A DNA stretch of 63,985 nucleotides, filler included, from Vicugna vicugna (GCA_013265495.1; 81 parts of 76 records of this genome joined end to end with filler, not necessarily neighbours in it); one strand, 5' to 3'. Numbered from the whole stretch's first letter, positions 1-12,452 are shown. The notes: a model not told the origin generated them from the sequence alone. Numbers and translations: made by a program.

Positions 1-99
1 GTGAAAGCACATTGTCAACTGTAAAGGGTGCTATAGAAATGTAAGGCAGAAAGATGACAGTGGCCACTAGTGACCTACTGAAATGCTGAGGACACTTTT

Positions 100-740
100 T
101 TAAAATCAGAAGGACAATAAAATGGGAAAGTTAGAGCGGGCATGGGGAGTTCTCATTTGGGGTATGTTAAGTGTCAGTAAACTGTTACCGGACATCTCCA
201 ACAGGTATATAGTGCTTTGGTACTTGATGCCTTCTGGGGATTTTAGGTGTTTTGACCTTAAATAAATTCCTGTTCCTGAAATGAACACCGACTAGCACCA
301 GGCAGTTAGACACCGAATGTAGCAGTTGAGGGGTTAGGCTGTAGTGGCAGGAACAGAAGAACAAGTATACAGCAACCCTTTATCAGGGACAGTAAGTCCT
401 TCACATAAGGAACGTGGAGAGCGTTAGGTTAGACAACAGTGGGGGAGTTTGTAGTTAGGACGGGGGTGGAGTAAGGGTGGAATTTACTTAGTCAGAAAAG
501 AGCTGAATGTGACCAAAGCTGCCAGGTGATGGACAGGAAGGAGCCAGTCACACGAAGGTCCAGGGGAGGGATGTTCCGGATAGAGAGAACAGCAGGTCAC
601 AACTGCTCATCTCGGTACTCCAGCATCTTGGAGTGGCCAGGAAGCAGCAAGTGTGTAACCATCCTTAGAATCACTTTTATTATTGTGTGTAGAGAAGAGA
701 ATGTGCATAATAAGGGCCTGGCACGTGCAGATGGTCACTA
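100..740 (-). mobile_element. Degraded L2-like LINE remnants
   Basis: Motifs such as ttggggtatgttaagtgtc..gacatctcc, ggagccagtcac..gttccggatagagagaacagc and gcctggcacgtgcagatggtcactaa resemble old mammalian L2; recalled, highly diverged. Confidence 0.4.
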
Positions 741-967
741 AACTGTTCTTATTGTTCCCTAAGTAAAGTAAAGCTTATGCGGTACTTTTTCGAAGACCTG
801 CATAGCTACATTGAAAATTTCTCTGCTGTTAATTTAAACATAAATCTTTTTATTTCTACTTCGGTACTGTATTCGTCTATTTTTCCTATCAATAAAAGTT
901 TTATCAAATAATAGTTCGATTCCGCTAAACCTTTGTTTACTGAAATGTAGCAGTTTCCACAGTGTTC

Positions 968-1067
968 NNNNNNNNNNNNNNNNNNNNNNNNNNNNNNNNN
1001 NNNNNNNNNNNTTAATTAATTAANNNNNNNNNNNNNNNNNNNNNNNNNNNNNNNNNNNNNNNNNNNN
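968..1067. other. Artificial assembly linker N44-TTAATTAATTAA-N44 (first of ~80 copies, last near 63878)
   Basis: Identical palindromic 12-mer with stops in all six frames, flanked by 44 N on each side (100 bp total), repeated about every 0.8 kb between unrelated sequences. Confidence 0.98.
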
Positions 1068-1927
1068 GCAAATCTGAGGATTTATGTTATAGAATACAGA
1101 ATACTGAATTTAAAATTTACAATATACAATGTAGTACACAGAATATTGAATATAGAATAGAGAATATAGAACCAATTATTTAGAGAATGTAATGTAGAAC
1201 ACAGAGTTAAAATATAGAATAAAGAACACTGAATATAAAATTTGGAATATAGAATGTAGAAACAGAATTTAGAATATAGAATACAGAATACTGAATATAC
1301 AATTTAGAATATAGAATAAGAGAATGTAATGTAGAACACAGAGTTAAAATATAGAATAAAGAACACTGAATATAAAATTTATAATATAGAATGTAGAAAC
1401 AGAATTTAGAATATAGAATACAGAATACTGAATATACAATTTAGAATATAGAATGTAGAAAACACAATATAGAATAGAGAATAGAGAATAAAAACCCAGA
1501 ATTTAGAACATGGAATTCAGAAAACAGAAGTTGGAATATAGAATTCAAAATACTGAATATAGAATTTATAATATAGAATGTAGAACACAGAATATAGAAT
1601 ATAGAATTCGAAATGCAGGAAATAGAATATAGAATATAGAATGAAGAACACAAAATTTAGTACATAGAATTGAGATTAAGAACACAAAATTTAAACTTAG
1701 AATGTAGAACACATATTTAAGACTATAGAATACAGAATACTGAATATAGAATTCAGAATATAGAATGTAGAACACAGAATATAGAATATACAATATAGAA
1801 CACAGAAATTATAACATACATAACACAGATAATATAGAATTCAGAAGACTGAATATAGAGTTTACAAAATAGAATGCAGACTACAGAATATAAAATAGAG
1901 GATAGAGAATATAGAAGCCAGAATTTA
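1068..1927 (+). repeat. Satellite E: AT-rich heptamer satellite (AGAATAT/AGAACAC/GGAATGC units)
   Basis: Continuous 7-bp periodicity with GAA core; ~137-bp near-exact duplication 1184/1321. Confidence 0.95.
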
Positions 1928-2027
1928 NNNNNNNNNNNNNNNNNNNNNNNNNNNNNNNNNNNNNNNNNNNNTTAATTAATTAANNNNNNNNNNNNNNNNN
2001 NNNNNNNNNNNNNNNNNNNNNNNNNNN

Positions 2028-2224
2028 GAATTTGGGCTCATAAAATTTCCTGAATATATTAAACTATCTGAATGCCTTTCTACCCATTTTCCCAGAGCAC
2101 AGAATGCTCCTTTCCTGATCTCTGCACTGAACTACTTTCAGAGGGTGTTGAAGGTCAGCAGCTGCAGTGACTCATGACTTTATCAAATCAGAGGCAGATG
2201 ACACGTGCCAATATTTAGTTGACA
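2028..2224 (-). mobile_element. ERV LTR fragment (terminus reads TGTCAAC on minus strand)
   Basis: ...gaaggtcagcagctgcagtgactcatgac...gcagatgacacgtgccaatatttagttgaca resembles recalled laurasiatherian ERV LTR ends; ends in -ACA. Confidence 0.55.
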
Positions 2225-3228
2225 ATATGTATATATTGTAGGAAAAAATGTTACTTACACTACCCCTGTTTTACTTTTAGTTAGAGATCAACTGATAACT
2301 GTTAGATGACTTAAGTCAGACGAGGGGGTGAAGGAGTCGTCTCTTGAACCGGCCAGTGCTCTTTGTCAGCCTCCTTGATCACATTCAATTTTCTTTCTGT
2401 TCAAACAGCATGCATATGATTTTATGAAGTTTGGAGACTGTTCTGAGCACATGGGGTCTGGAGGTGGCCCTGTTCCTGTGGTCTTTGNNNNNNNNNNNNN
2501 NNNNNNNNNNNNNNNNNNNNNNNNNNNNNNNTTAATTAATTAANNNNNNNNNNNNNNNNNNNNNNNNNNNNNNNNNNNNNNNNNNNNTTATCTTGCCATA
2601 AAATATGAGTTTTATTTCATCAATTATCAGAGCGTTATTTGGGGGTGGCAAAAGAGCAGGGTGGGCAAATGGATATGACCAGTCTTTATAATTGTTGCTT
2701 TCAAACGTTTCTGAAAAGCATTTTTTCCCAAACGGCTTGGGACATCAGTAGAGAGGTGGACCAGAGACTGCATTTAACCAGCTGGTGGACAAGGTAGGGA
2801 CTGGGAAGATGGCGGAAACCATCAGAGGGAGAAGGGTATTTAACAGGCATTATTGGCCAGGAGGTAAGGAAGGAGCATCCATGACGAGGCGGGACTGCGG
2901 AACGAGACTTTTGGGGACCACACAACCACATTATTGAGAGACAAAGCCCACAGCAGGCCCGTTGTAGCCTGCGACGGCACTTGCCAACCCCACCTCTGCC
3001 ATCCTGCACTTGACCCAGAGTCCTCTACGGGTCCGGACCTCTCACCCCGTTCCACGCCGCGCGTCCCGCCCACGCGTCCCGCCCCGCCCTGCCCCGCTCT
3101 CTCTCCCCCCTCCCCACACCTCGTGCCCNNNNNNNNNNNNNNNNNNNNNNNNNNNNNNNNNNNNNNNNNNNNTTAATTAATTAANNNNNNNNNNNNNNNN
3201 NNNNNNNNNNNNNNNNNNNNNNNNNNNN

Positions 3229-4468
3229 TGGGAGAAAACAGTGATTCTTGAACTGGTGAAAGGAAGACTTTACGAAGTCAAGTATATATTTCAAAGTGCA
3301 TAGGAACCTAGTTTGGTTGTTGAAACATCAGTCATGCACATGTTCACATCTCAGAAATGCATGTTTGTGGAATCTGTGATGCATGAAACATGTTAGGAGT
3401 ATGGAATTATATTGTTATGTAAACAATGTAAATTACATGGGTATTGGTCAGAATTCGCTCAAGGGTGTTTCTTGGCGCAAAATGTCAGATTTTATAATTT
3501 GGTGATGGAGAAAAACTATGAAGTCAGTGTCAAAATTTTTTAGTGTTTATATGACTTGTTTGGTGGATGAATGTTCAGTAATCCAGATGCTCACAACTCA
3601 GAAACGCATGTTTGTCAAATTCGTCACGTATGTATCATGTACGGAACCCAGAATGCCATATTGATCGAAATTATGTAAATTTCATAATTATTAGGTGTAA
3701 ATCGCTCCAAAAGTATTTTTCTGTGAAAAATGCACGAATTCGAAACTGGTGTTAGGCAATGCTTCTGAAAATGAGTACACGTTTCTAGATGAAAATATTA
3801 CTTTTATAGAGGATGAAAGATTNNNNNNNNNNNNNNNNNNNNNNNNNNNNNNNNNNNNNNNNNNNNNNNNNNNNNNNNNNNNNNNNNNNNNNNNNNNNNN
3901 NNNNNNNNNNNNNNNNNNNNNNNNNNNNNNNNNNNNNNNNNNNNNNNNNNNNNNNNNNNNNNNNNNNNNNNNNNNNNNNNNNNNNNNNNNNNNNNNNNNN
4001 NNNNNNNNNNNNNNNNNNNNNNNNNNNNNNNNNNNNNNNNNNNNNNNNNNNNNNNNNNNNNNNNNNNNNNNNNNNNNNNNNNNNNNNNNNNNNNNNNNNN
4101 NNNNNNNNNNNNNNNNNNNNNNNNNNNNNNNNNNNGTCGAATCCGTCATGCATGTAGCATGTACGAAACACGGAATATCATGTTGATTGAATCTATTCAA
4201 ATTACATATCTATAGGGTAGAATTGTCTTTAAGAGTGTTTTTCTGGGAGCAAGTTTGATTCTTTAAACTGGTTATAGGAAGAAGCTACGAAGTCAAAGTA
4301 AATATTTCAAAGTGCTTGTGTAACTTGATTGGTGGTTGAAACATCAGTCATCCACATGTCCACAACTCAGAATTGCATGTTTGTTGAATCCGTGATGCAT
4401 GAAACATGATCGGAATACAGTAAGCCATGCTTATGTAAACAATGTTAATTATATGTGTATTGGTGAGA
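3229..4468 (+). repeat. Satellite C (~737-bp trimer of ~245-bp subunits)
   Basis: Recurrent cacatgYtcacaactcagaa..gcatgtttg..gaatccgt motif; same sequence in 11 contigs. Confidence 0.92.
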
Positions 4469-7059
4469 NNNNNNNNNNNNNNNNNNNNNNNNNNNNNNNN
4501 NNNNNNNNNNNNTTAATTAATTAANNNNNNNNNNNNNNNNNNNNNNNNNNNNNNNNNNNNNNNNNNNNGAGTGAATCTGCGCCCAGAATTCTCTTACCCC
4601 ATTTCTCTTTACCAGGAAATGTAATAGTGGTGTAAGTCCCAGCTCAAGCACCCCCTCCATCAGAAACATTCTATGTCTGAGCCCAGAAGCAGAGCTCGTT
4701 ACAGTTTTCTTTGTCACATCATATAGATACGCATTTCACTTTAGTAGCTTTTATCTGAATATACTTAAGTATTGGGACTCAGCTGACTGAAGACTAGGAT
4801 CATGTCAATTTGGGGAATGAGACCAATGTATTGACCATTTAGTAGGCGCTTCGTAGCAGTCAGTATATATATATTGCAGATATGAGCATTAATGAATGAA
4901 TAAATGAAAAGAAAACATATCAGAAGTTTAGCAAACAATGCCCAGTTCCCTCCGAGTGCAGGGGTAGAATGGGGTTAGCCTGAGGAGTGGGCGCTCTGAC
5001 CATTGTCTCCTGTTGGACCATGATGATGTTTTACTTTAGTAGGATTTGAGATGACATCAAAAACAGAAACATCACATTCTCTCTGTGCTTCGGGGGAAAA
5101 ATGTGCTCCCTATTTCTTTTAACTTCTATTATTTATAATGCAGATCAGTGCTATTTTTAGGGCTGCTTTGTAATTATCCTCAATTTCTACCTCTATATTC
5201 TGTTGTGTTAACATCGAAAGCCAAACTGATTCCTCACAGGTTTGTATTTTGCCTATGAGGATAAAGTGTGAAGAAAATGTTAAATGTTTGTTCAAACTCA
5301 GAATAAGAACTGCCAAAATGTTATATTCCTGAATGTATTCCTAAGATCTACCAAAAATGTTGTATTCTTGANNNNNNNNNNNNNNNNNNNNNNNNNNNNN
5401 NNNNNNNNNNNNNNNTTAATTAATTAANNNNNNNNNNNNNNNNNNNNNNNNNNNNNNNNNNNNNNNNNNNNACTGCCCTTGCCCGAGGGGGCCACTTTGA
5501 CCGCAAGTGATGGCCAGCTCCTCACCTGCATCATATATTTATACATCTCTTCATCTGTCCATCCATCCAACCACCCAAGACTTGTATTACATTTACTGGG
5601 TGTCAGGCACTGTTCAAGTGATTTACAAATAAAAGCTCATTTAATCCTAATTAAAAAAAAAAAAAAACACCTCACTCACAGCCAGTGACCTACAGTCACG
5701 GCGGTAGAGAAGGTTGCCTCCTCCTTACCCCAAGAGGGGACAACCGTATGTTCCGGTGTCCCCAGATGGGGACAGGCTAAACTTGTATGACACTATATCC
5801 TTGCTCGGCTCTTTCTCCTTCTCTAACCTGCTTCCCTCAATAGACCACACACCCCAACCCTGTCCCAGGCTCTGCTCCCAGGGAGCCTGAGCAGAGACAA
5901 TGTGCTCCTCTGCACAGAGGCACTCCTTGCTCTGGAAGGCTGACCGCTGTGGGTGGCATTGCCAGGACTTCCTGTCCTCCAGTTTCCTTTGGGATTTGAC
6001 CCAGGGGGACTCAGGCAGTGATGAGTGGATGGGTGGGGAGGGGTGGGGGGTTCTCCCCTGCTCCCCGCTTGCTGGGTTGGCCAGGGCTGCCTCAGTGCTT
6101 TAGCCACTGTCCCCCTCCCTTAGCTCTGGCAAGAGTGGGAAGATGACATTCCCCCAGCAGCACTAGCCCAGGTGCTTCAACAAACCTCAGCCGGCCTCCT
6201 TAACCTTGCCCACACTTTCATAAAGACTCAGTTCATTAACCTTGCTCTCAGTGCCCTTTGACTGTACCCTCCCTTCCCTGCCAGCCCTTAATTGGTCCAG
6301 AAGTGATGCCCCAGTCTCCCCTACCCTCCTCNNNNNNNNNNNNNNNNNNNNNNNNNNNNNNNNNNNNNNNNNNNNTTAATTAATTAANNNNNNNNNNNNN
6401 NNNNNNNNNNNNNNNNNNNNNNNNNNNNNNNTTTCCACCACATAGGACTGCTGCTAACATCTGGGGTGGGGGGCGGGGGGGGTGTGTGTTATAACCTCAA
6501 CTGGAGAGCTCTCCTCTGTAACTTGCTGTCTGTTTCCCTTAACGCATTACAAGCACCCCTCTGTCCCGTGCAGTGGGGCTGTGGGATTGTTCATGTTTAC
6601 CAGCTGCCTGTGCTGATTCCCTGCTGGAGCTGGAAGGCTGTGCCTGCTTTTCTGGGATACGGAAGGGCCAGTGTGTGCGGCTCCAGCTGTGTGTGTCTTC
6701 AGTNNNNNNNNNNNNNNNNNNNNNNNNNNNNNNNNNNNNNNNNNNNNNNNNNNNNNNNNNNNNNNNNNNNNNNNNNNNNNNNNNNNNNNNNNNNNNNNNN
6801 CCCCCCCCCGGCTCGGGTGGCTTACCTTGCTGACTTAATAGGCCAGAATCACTCATCCTGGTGCTATCTCAGGGGAGGAATCAAAGAAATGAAAAGTGGA
6901 CCATTTCTGAATGTATACTGCTGCCAAGTGCAGACAAGCTTAGAGTTAAAAGAATTAATNNNNNNNNNNNNNNNNNNNNNNNNNNNNNNNNNNNNNNNNN
7001 NNNTTAATTAATTAANNNNNNNNNNNNNNNNNNNNNNNNNNNNNNNNNNNNNNNNNNNN

Positions 7060-7559
7060 CCCGCGGAGCGCGGCCAGGGCGGAGCGCGCAACCGCACAGA
7101 GCAGCGGAGCTACCGGCGGCACAGGCAGAGGCAGAGCGGCCCCCCCGCCTGTCGGGCGGGAACACAGCCCCTGACCGAGGTGCTGGGAGGGGGCACGACC
7201 CACCCTCCTGCCTGGCGAGTCTGCAACATCTGACTGTGGCATCTGGAGGGGCAGTGCCCCGCCCGCCCGCAGCGGAGGAGAGCTGCATCTGACCCCGTGT
7301 TATGAGGAGGCGCCATCTGCTTGCCGACAGGTGCTGGGAGCAAGGGCGCCAACGGAGGGCCTATGAAAACAAGCTGAGCTTCCAAAACAGGACGAAGACA
7401 GAAGGACTTCACATTAAAAGCACACAGACTCCAGAACACCGACAACCCCTTTTTTGTTTTGTTTTGTTTTGTTTTTTGTTTTTGTTTTTTTGTTTGTTTT
7501 TTGTTTTGTTCGTAAATCTGTTTTTACCTGTTCTATTTTCAAATACTCTCTTAATTTTT
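7060..7559 (+). mobile_element. Probable L1 5'UTR interior (CpG-rich part followed by T-rich tract)
   Basis: GC/CpG-rich segment running into a (TTTTG)n tract, an arrangement typical of cetartiodactyl L1 5'UTRs; recalled similarity only. Confidence 0.55.
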
Positions 7560-7659
7560 NNNNNNNNNNNNNNNNNNNNNNNNNNNNNNNNNNNNNNNNN
7601 NNNTTAATTAATTAANNNNNNNNNNNNNNNNNNNNNNNNNNNNNNNNNNNNNNNNNNNN

Positions 7660-8480
7660 GAATACGGAATGCAGAAAATAGTATACAGAATATAGAATAT
7701 AGAATTCAGAATATAGTATATGGAAAACAGAATACAGAAACCAGATTTTAGAACTTGGAATGCAGAACACAGAATTTCGTATATAGAACACAGAATACTG
7801 AATATAGAATTTAAAATATACAATGCGGAACACAGATTTTAGAATATAGAATACAGAATACTGAATATAGAATTTAGAACATGGAATGCAGAACACATTA
7901 TTTAGAATNNNNNNNNNNNNNNNNNNNNNNNNNNNNNNNNNNNNNNNNNNNNNNNNNNNNNNNNNNNNNNNNNNNNNNNNNNNNNNNNNNNNNNNNNNNN
8001 NNNNNNNNNNNNNNNNNNNNNNNNNNNNNNNNNNNNNNNNNNNNNNNNNNNNNNNNNNNNNNNNNNNNNNNNNNNNNNNNNNNNNNNNNNNNNNNNNNNN
8101 NNNNNNNNNNNNNNNNNNNNNNNNNNNNNNNNNNNNNNNNNNNNNNNNNNNNNNNNNNNNNNNNNNNNNNNNNNNNNNNNNNNNNNNNNNNNNNNNNNNN
8201 NNNNNNNNNNNNNNNNNNNNNNNNNNNNNNNNNNNNNNNNNNNNNNNNNNNNNNNNNNNNNNNNNNNNNNNNNNNNNNNNNNNNNNNNNNNNNNNTACTG
8301 AATATTTAGAATATAGAATGTAGAACACAGAATATAGAATACAGTATACGGAATGCAAAATATAAAATGTAGAATCTAGAATGAAAAACAAACAATTTAG
8401 AATATAGAACAGAGAATATAGAACCCTGAACTTAAAACATGGAATGCAGAACACATAATTTAGAATATAGAATAGAGAAT
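7660..8480 (+). repeat. Satellite E heptamer
   Basis: 7-bp AGAATAT-type periodicity. Confidence 0.95.
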
Positions 8481-8580
8481 NNNNNNNNNNNNNNNNNNNN
8501 NNNNNNNNNNNNNNNNNNNNNNNNTTAATTAATTAANNNNNNNNNNNNNNNNNNNNNNNNNNNNNNNNNNNNNNNNNNNN

Positions 8581-9104
8581 TGCATGTTTGAGGAATCCAT
8601 GATGCATGAATTATGTTCGGAATACAGAATGCCATGGATATGTACACAATGTAAATTACATGTGTATTTGTGACAATTCCCTCAAAGAGTTTTTCTGGTG
8701 CCAAATGTCCGATTTTAGTACGTGGTGATAGGAAAAACCTATGAAGTCAGATTAAATATTTCTAAGCCTATATACGCCTTGTTTGGTGGATGAAAGGTCA
8801 GTAATCCACATGCTCACAACTCAGAAAATCATGTTTGCCGAATTCGTCATGAATGTAGGCTGTACGGGACCCGGAACACCATGTTGATGGAATCCATGTA
8901 CATTACATATCTTTTACATGGAAATCGCTCCAGAAGTATTTTTCTGTGAAAAATGCGCGAATTCGAAACAGGTGTTAGGGAAAGCTTGTGAAAATGAATA
9001 CACGTGTCTAGATGAAAACATTCCTTTTATAGAGGATGAACGATTAGCAATACAATCCTCATGCTCTCAACACAGGAAGGCATGTTTGTCGAATCCGTCA
9101 TGCA
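8581..9104 (+). repeat. Satellite C
   Basis: Same subunit motifs as 3229-4468. Confidence 0.92.
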
Positions 9105-9204
9105 NNNNNNNNNNNNNNNNNNNNNNNNNNNNNNNNNNNNNNNNNNNNTTAATTAATTAANNNNNNNNNNNNNNNNNNNNNNNNNNNNNNNNNNNNNNNN
9201 NNNN

Positions 9205-9950
9205 TAAAGTTTATGATCTAAGGATCTATCACTAGATGCTAGAAAAGAATGGTATATTAAATTTGAGGAAAGTAGGGAGGAATCAATTAAGAGCAGAAGT
9301 TAATGAAATAAATATCAAATGTATAATGGGGAGTTTTTTAAATCCTTTTTTGAAAAGATTACTAAAATTAATAAAAGACTAAAAAAAACCTTACCAAGCC
9401 TGGTAGAGGAGAAGGGAGAAAGGAAGGAAGGAAAGAAGAGTTGGAGGGAGAGGGAGGAAGGAAGAAGAAAAAGAAAACATAGATTACTACTATCAAGAGT
9501 TTAAAAATGGACTCTTATCCTAAAGATACTGGAAAGGTATAGAGGCTAAACAACTTTAAGACAATAAATTTGAAAATTTAGTTGAAATGATCAAATTCCT
9601 TACAAAATTCAACTTAAACAGAAACAGGAAAAACAGAAAATCTGAATATTTATCTATCTATTAAAGAAACTAAATCTGTAATTAATTTTTTTCCACAAAG
9701 AAAATATCAGGATTGCAGATAGCTTTACCAAGGATTGCAGATAGCTTTACCAAGGATTGCAGATAGCTTTACCACTAACTTCATTCAAGCATTTAAAAAA
9801 GAAATAACACCAATCTTACCAAATCCAATCAGGGAAATTCACTACATTAACAGAATAATAAAAACACGTTATGTTCACCTTAATAGATACAAAAGGGAGA
9901 AAAAAACTCCTTTAATCAAAATCTACTTCACTTGATGATAAAAAGCCTTC
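9205..9950 (+). mobile_element. Old L1 ORF2 remnant (degraded), with internal 22-bp x3 tandem at 9709-9774
   Basis: A-rich; conceptual FFEKITKINK, F.QAFKKEITPIL and IHYINR motifs match L1 ORF2; many stops. Confidence 0.8.
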
Positions 9951-9954
9951 AAAG

Positions 9955-9997
9955 AGAAGAGGCAAGATGGCGGAGTAGAAGGACGCTTGTAAGTCAC
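9955..9997 (+). mobile_element. 5' start of a younger L1 (5'UTR)
   Basis: ggcaagatggcggagtagaaggacgct..taagtcac is near-identical to 39268-39304; contains the YY1-type CAAGATGGCG. Confidence 0.75.
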
Positions 9998-10325
9998 NNN
10001 NNNNNNNNNNNNNNNNNNNNNNNNNNNNNNNNNNNNNNNNNTTAATTAATTAANNNNNNNNNNNNNNNNNNNNNNNNNNNNNNNNNNNNNNNNNNNNATT
10101 GTGCTTGCACAAGATTTTATAAGACCAAAAAGAGTTTTTGAGGTCAGGAAATACATTTTTTTCCCATCAACTTAAATAAGAGTCAATTAAGAGTCATTTT
10201 ACAGATCATCTTAACATTCCCAGCATTTTAAACAGGAAACATATCTCTTCCTCCAACACAACTTTCCTTCAGTCTTACTTTCAAAACTATGATAAAGGGT
10301 ATACCTTGAGTTCCAAGTACCTCAT

Positions 10326-10658
10326 TGTGAGCTGGCCTTGAGATGAGTTAAGGCCGTGGGACCCAAGGCCACGATCAGAGCATGTTTGTAGTAATGCAGT
10401 AAATAATTGCTATTTGCATGCATCAATTAATCAATTATATTTAGAACAAAGAAAATAGAAGTATACATGTGCTAGAGATACTTTGTAAGCCTAATGAACA
10501 AAGAAACTCGCATTGCGCATGTGCTGGCAGAGAACAGATAAAAACCAGGACAGGTGCTTCATAAGCGCGCACATCCCTGTGGCAATAAAGTGCTGTTAAC
10601 CCCTTGGTGTCTTTGGCTGAAGTCTGTCCAGTGGTTTGGCAACTCCTCGTGCATTTTT
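10326..10658 (+). mobile_element. Possible ERV LTR fragment
   Basis: TATA-like gataaaaa ~10537, AATAAA at 10584, U5-like tail; boundaries uncertain. Confidence 0.35.
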
Positions 10659-10758
10659 NNNNNNNNNNNNNNNNNNNNNNNNNNNNNNNNNNNNNNNNNN
10701 NNTTAATTAATTAANNNNNNNNNNNNNNNNNNNNNNNNNNNNNNNNNNNNNNNNNNNN

Positions 10759-11490
10759 ATGTAGAATATAGAATTTAAAACACAGAATATAGAACATAGA
10801 ATATAGAATAGAGAACACAGTATTTACAACATGGAATTAAGAACACAGAATTTAGTACATAGGATAAAGAACACAGAAAATATAATGTACAACACAGAAT
10901 AAAGAATATAAAATACAGAACCCAGAATTTAGATGATGGAATGCAGAATACAAAATATAGAATATAGATTACTGAATATAGAATGTAGATTATAGAATGT
11001 AGAACTCAGAATAAATAATATAGAATACAGAATACAGAACATAGAATTTAGAACATGCAATTCAGCACAAAGAAATTAGAATATAGAGTACAGAATACAG
11101 AATATAAAATGTTAGAATTTAGAATGCAGAACACATAATATAGAATATAGAATACAGTATACAGAATAAAGAATGTAGAATACAGAATGCAGAAACCAGA
11201 ATTTAGAACACGGAATGCAAAACACAATTTAGAATATAGAATAAAGAATACAGAATACAGAATATCGAATTTAGAATGGAGAATGTAGAACACAGAATAT
11301 AGAATGTAGAATACAGAATACAGAAAGCATAATTTATAACATGGAATTCAGAACACAGAATATAAAATATAGAAATAAAATATACAGAAATAGAATGTGG
11401 AATATAGAATGTAGAACACAGAATAAAGAATATAGAATAAATAAAACAGAATATAGAATGTAGAATACAGAATGAAGAACCTAGAATTTA
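10759..11490 (+). repeat. Satellite E heptamer
   Basis: 7-bp periodicity. Confidence 0.95.
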
Positions 11491-11590
11491 NNNNNNNNNN
11501 NNNNNNNNNNNNNNNNNNNNNNNNNNNNNNNNNNTTAATTAATTAANNNNNNNNNNNNNNNNNNNNNNNNNNNNNNNNNNNNNNNNNNNN

Positions 11591-11707
11591 AGAAACCAGC
11601 CATGCCAGCCACGCCAGCCAAGCAAGAGCCTGGGGTGCGGCCCGCAGTCCCTGGAGGGGTGTAAGCTCCACCGCTCACAGGGGACAGAGCCCTGCTGGCT
11701 GGTGGCC
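11591..11707 (-). pseudogene. MIA3/TANGO1-like paralog, degenerate proline-rich-domain exon (SPVSGG)
   Basis: Encodes ..LSPVSGGAYTPP.., compare recalled MIA3 PSPVSGGECSPP; the expected acceptor reads ttttcttcAT rather than AG, and SQQGS is in a different frame from SPVSGG. Confidence 0.55.
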
Positions 11708-11887
11708 CATGAAGAAAACAGCATCTTGTCACCCAGCTGTGAACCTGTTCCCCGCAGTGAGTGTGTGGTGTGGTGTCCAGGAAATCTGACAACTACCCCC
11801 GGGGAAAAGCAGCCCACTGGGCGGCTCCTGCTGCAGAAATGGAGCTGCTGCACTTCACAGAGAGCTGCCGCACAGTGCGCTCCTTAC

Positions 11888-11982
11888 CTCTCAGGGGAGG
11901 GTGCAGCCTGTACGGTCCTCCTGGGGTGGGCTCCTGCCTCATGTATTCCTCTGCCTGCCTCCATTTGCAGATTGCATCCAAT
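11888..11982 (-). CDS. MIA3/TANGO1-like paralog exon (95 nt): (R)LDAICKWRQAEEYMRQEPTPGGPYRLHPPLR(G)
   Basis: Acceptor tctttatctttaag and donor gtaagg; phase 2 in, phase 1 out, compatible with the preceding exon; PTPGGP..HPPLRG resembles recalled MIA3 PMPGKP..NPPRRG. Confidence 0.75.
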
Positions 11983-12099
11983 CTTAAAGATAAAGAATGG
12001 CTTCAATACGAATTACACCACCAATTCTTCTACTAGGCACAAAACAACCAGTCCTTAAAAATCTCAAAACACCCGTAAAAATGTGTCAAAATTCTGTAC

Positions 12100-12230
12100 C
12101 TCTGTTTCAGGTGGGCAACTTCCCTTCGCTGGTCCGAGTTGTCCCTTCGCAGGTCCGAGTTGTCCCTTCGCAGGTCCGAGTTATCCCTTCGCAGGTCAGA
12201 GTTGTCCCTCTCCAGCTCCTGAGCCCTGAG
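12100..12230 (-). CDS. MIA3/TANGO1-like paralog exon (131 nt) with 21-bp heptad repeats: LRAQELERDNSD(LRRDNSD)3QRREVAHLKQ(R)
   Basis: Acceptor gtttttctcccacag and donor gtacag; 131 nt = 68 + 3x21; flanks resemble recalled MIA3 LKARAAER..EKREAANLRHK. Confidence 0.75.
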
Positions 12231-12305
12231 CTGTGGGAGAAAAACACATCCACGTTCAGTTGTGGTCAACTGTGCACAAAGGGAAGGAAGGAAACAAATT
12301 CTTAC

Positions 12306-12341
12306 CGAGCTGTCTTGGGCCTTCTTCTCGGCAAGAGCAAC
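12306..12341 (-). CDS. MIA3/TANGO1-like paralog 36-nt exon: VALAEKKAQDSS
   Basis: Acceptor gactttttcag and donor gtaaga, phase 0/0; compare recalled MIA3 IATHEKKAHENW and cTAGE5 IISHEKKAHDNW. Confidence 0.8.
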
Positions 12342-12452
12342 CTGAAAAAGTCAACACATCAAGAAACACCTCATGGTGAGGGGAACGTCTTACCCTTCAG
12401 TGTCCATAGTTCTCTGTCTACTGATTTCATCAGGGACACGTACTTTCTTCAC

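Noticed and set aside
1441..1793. Hydrophobic (FYILYS)n ORFs in the heptamer satellite
   Set aside because: Translation artefact of the T-rich strand of a 7-bp repeat; the same peptide appears in shifting frames
2790..3128. CpG-rich, promoter-like end with AAGATGGCGG
   Set aside because: No associated exon visible and the contig ends; cannot assign
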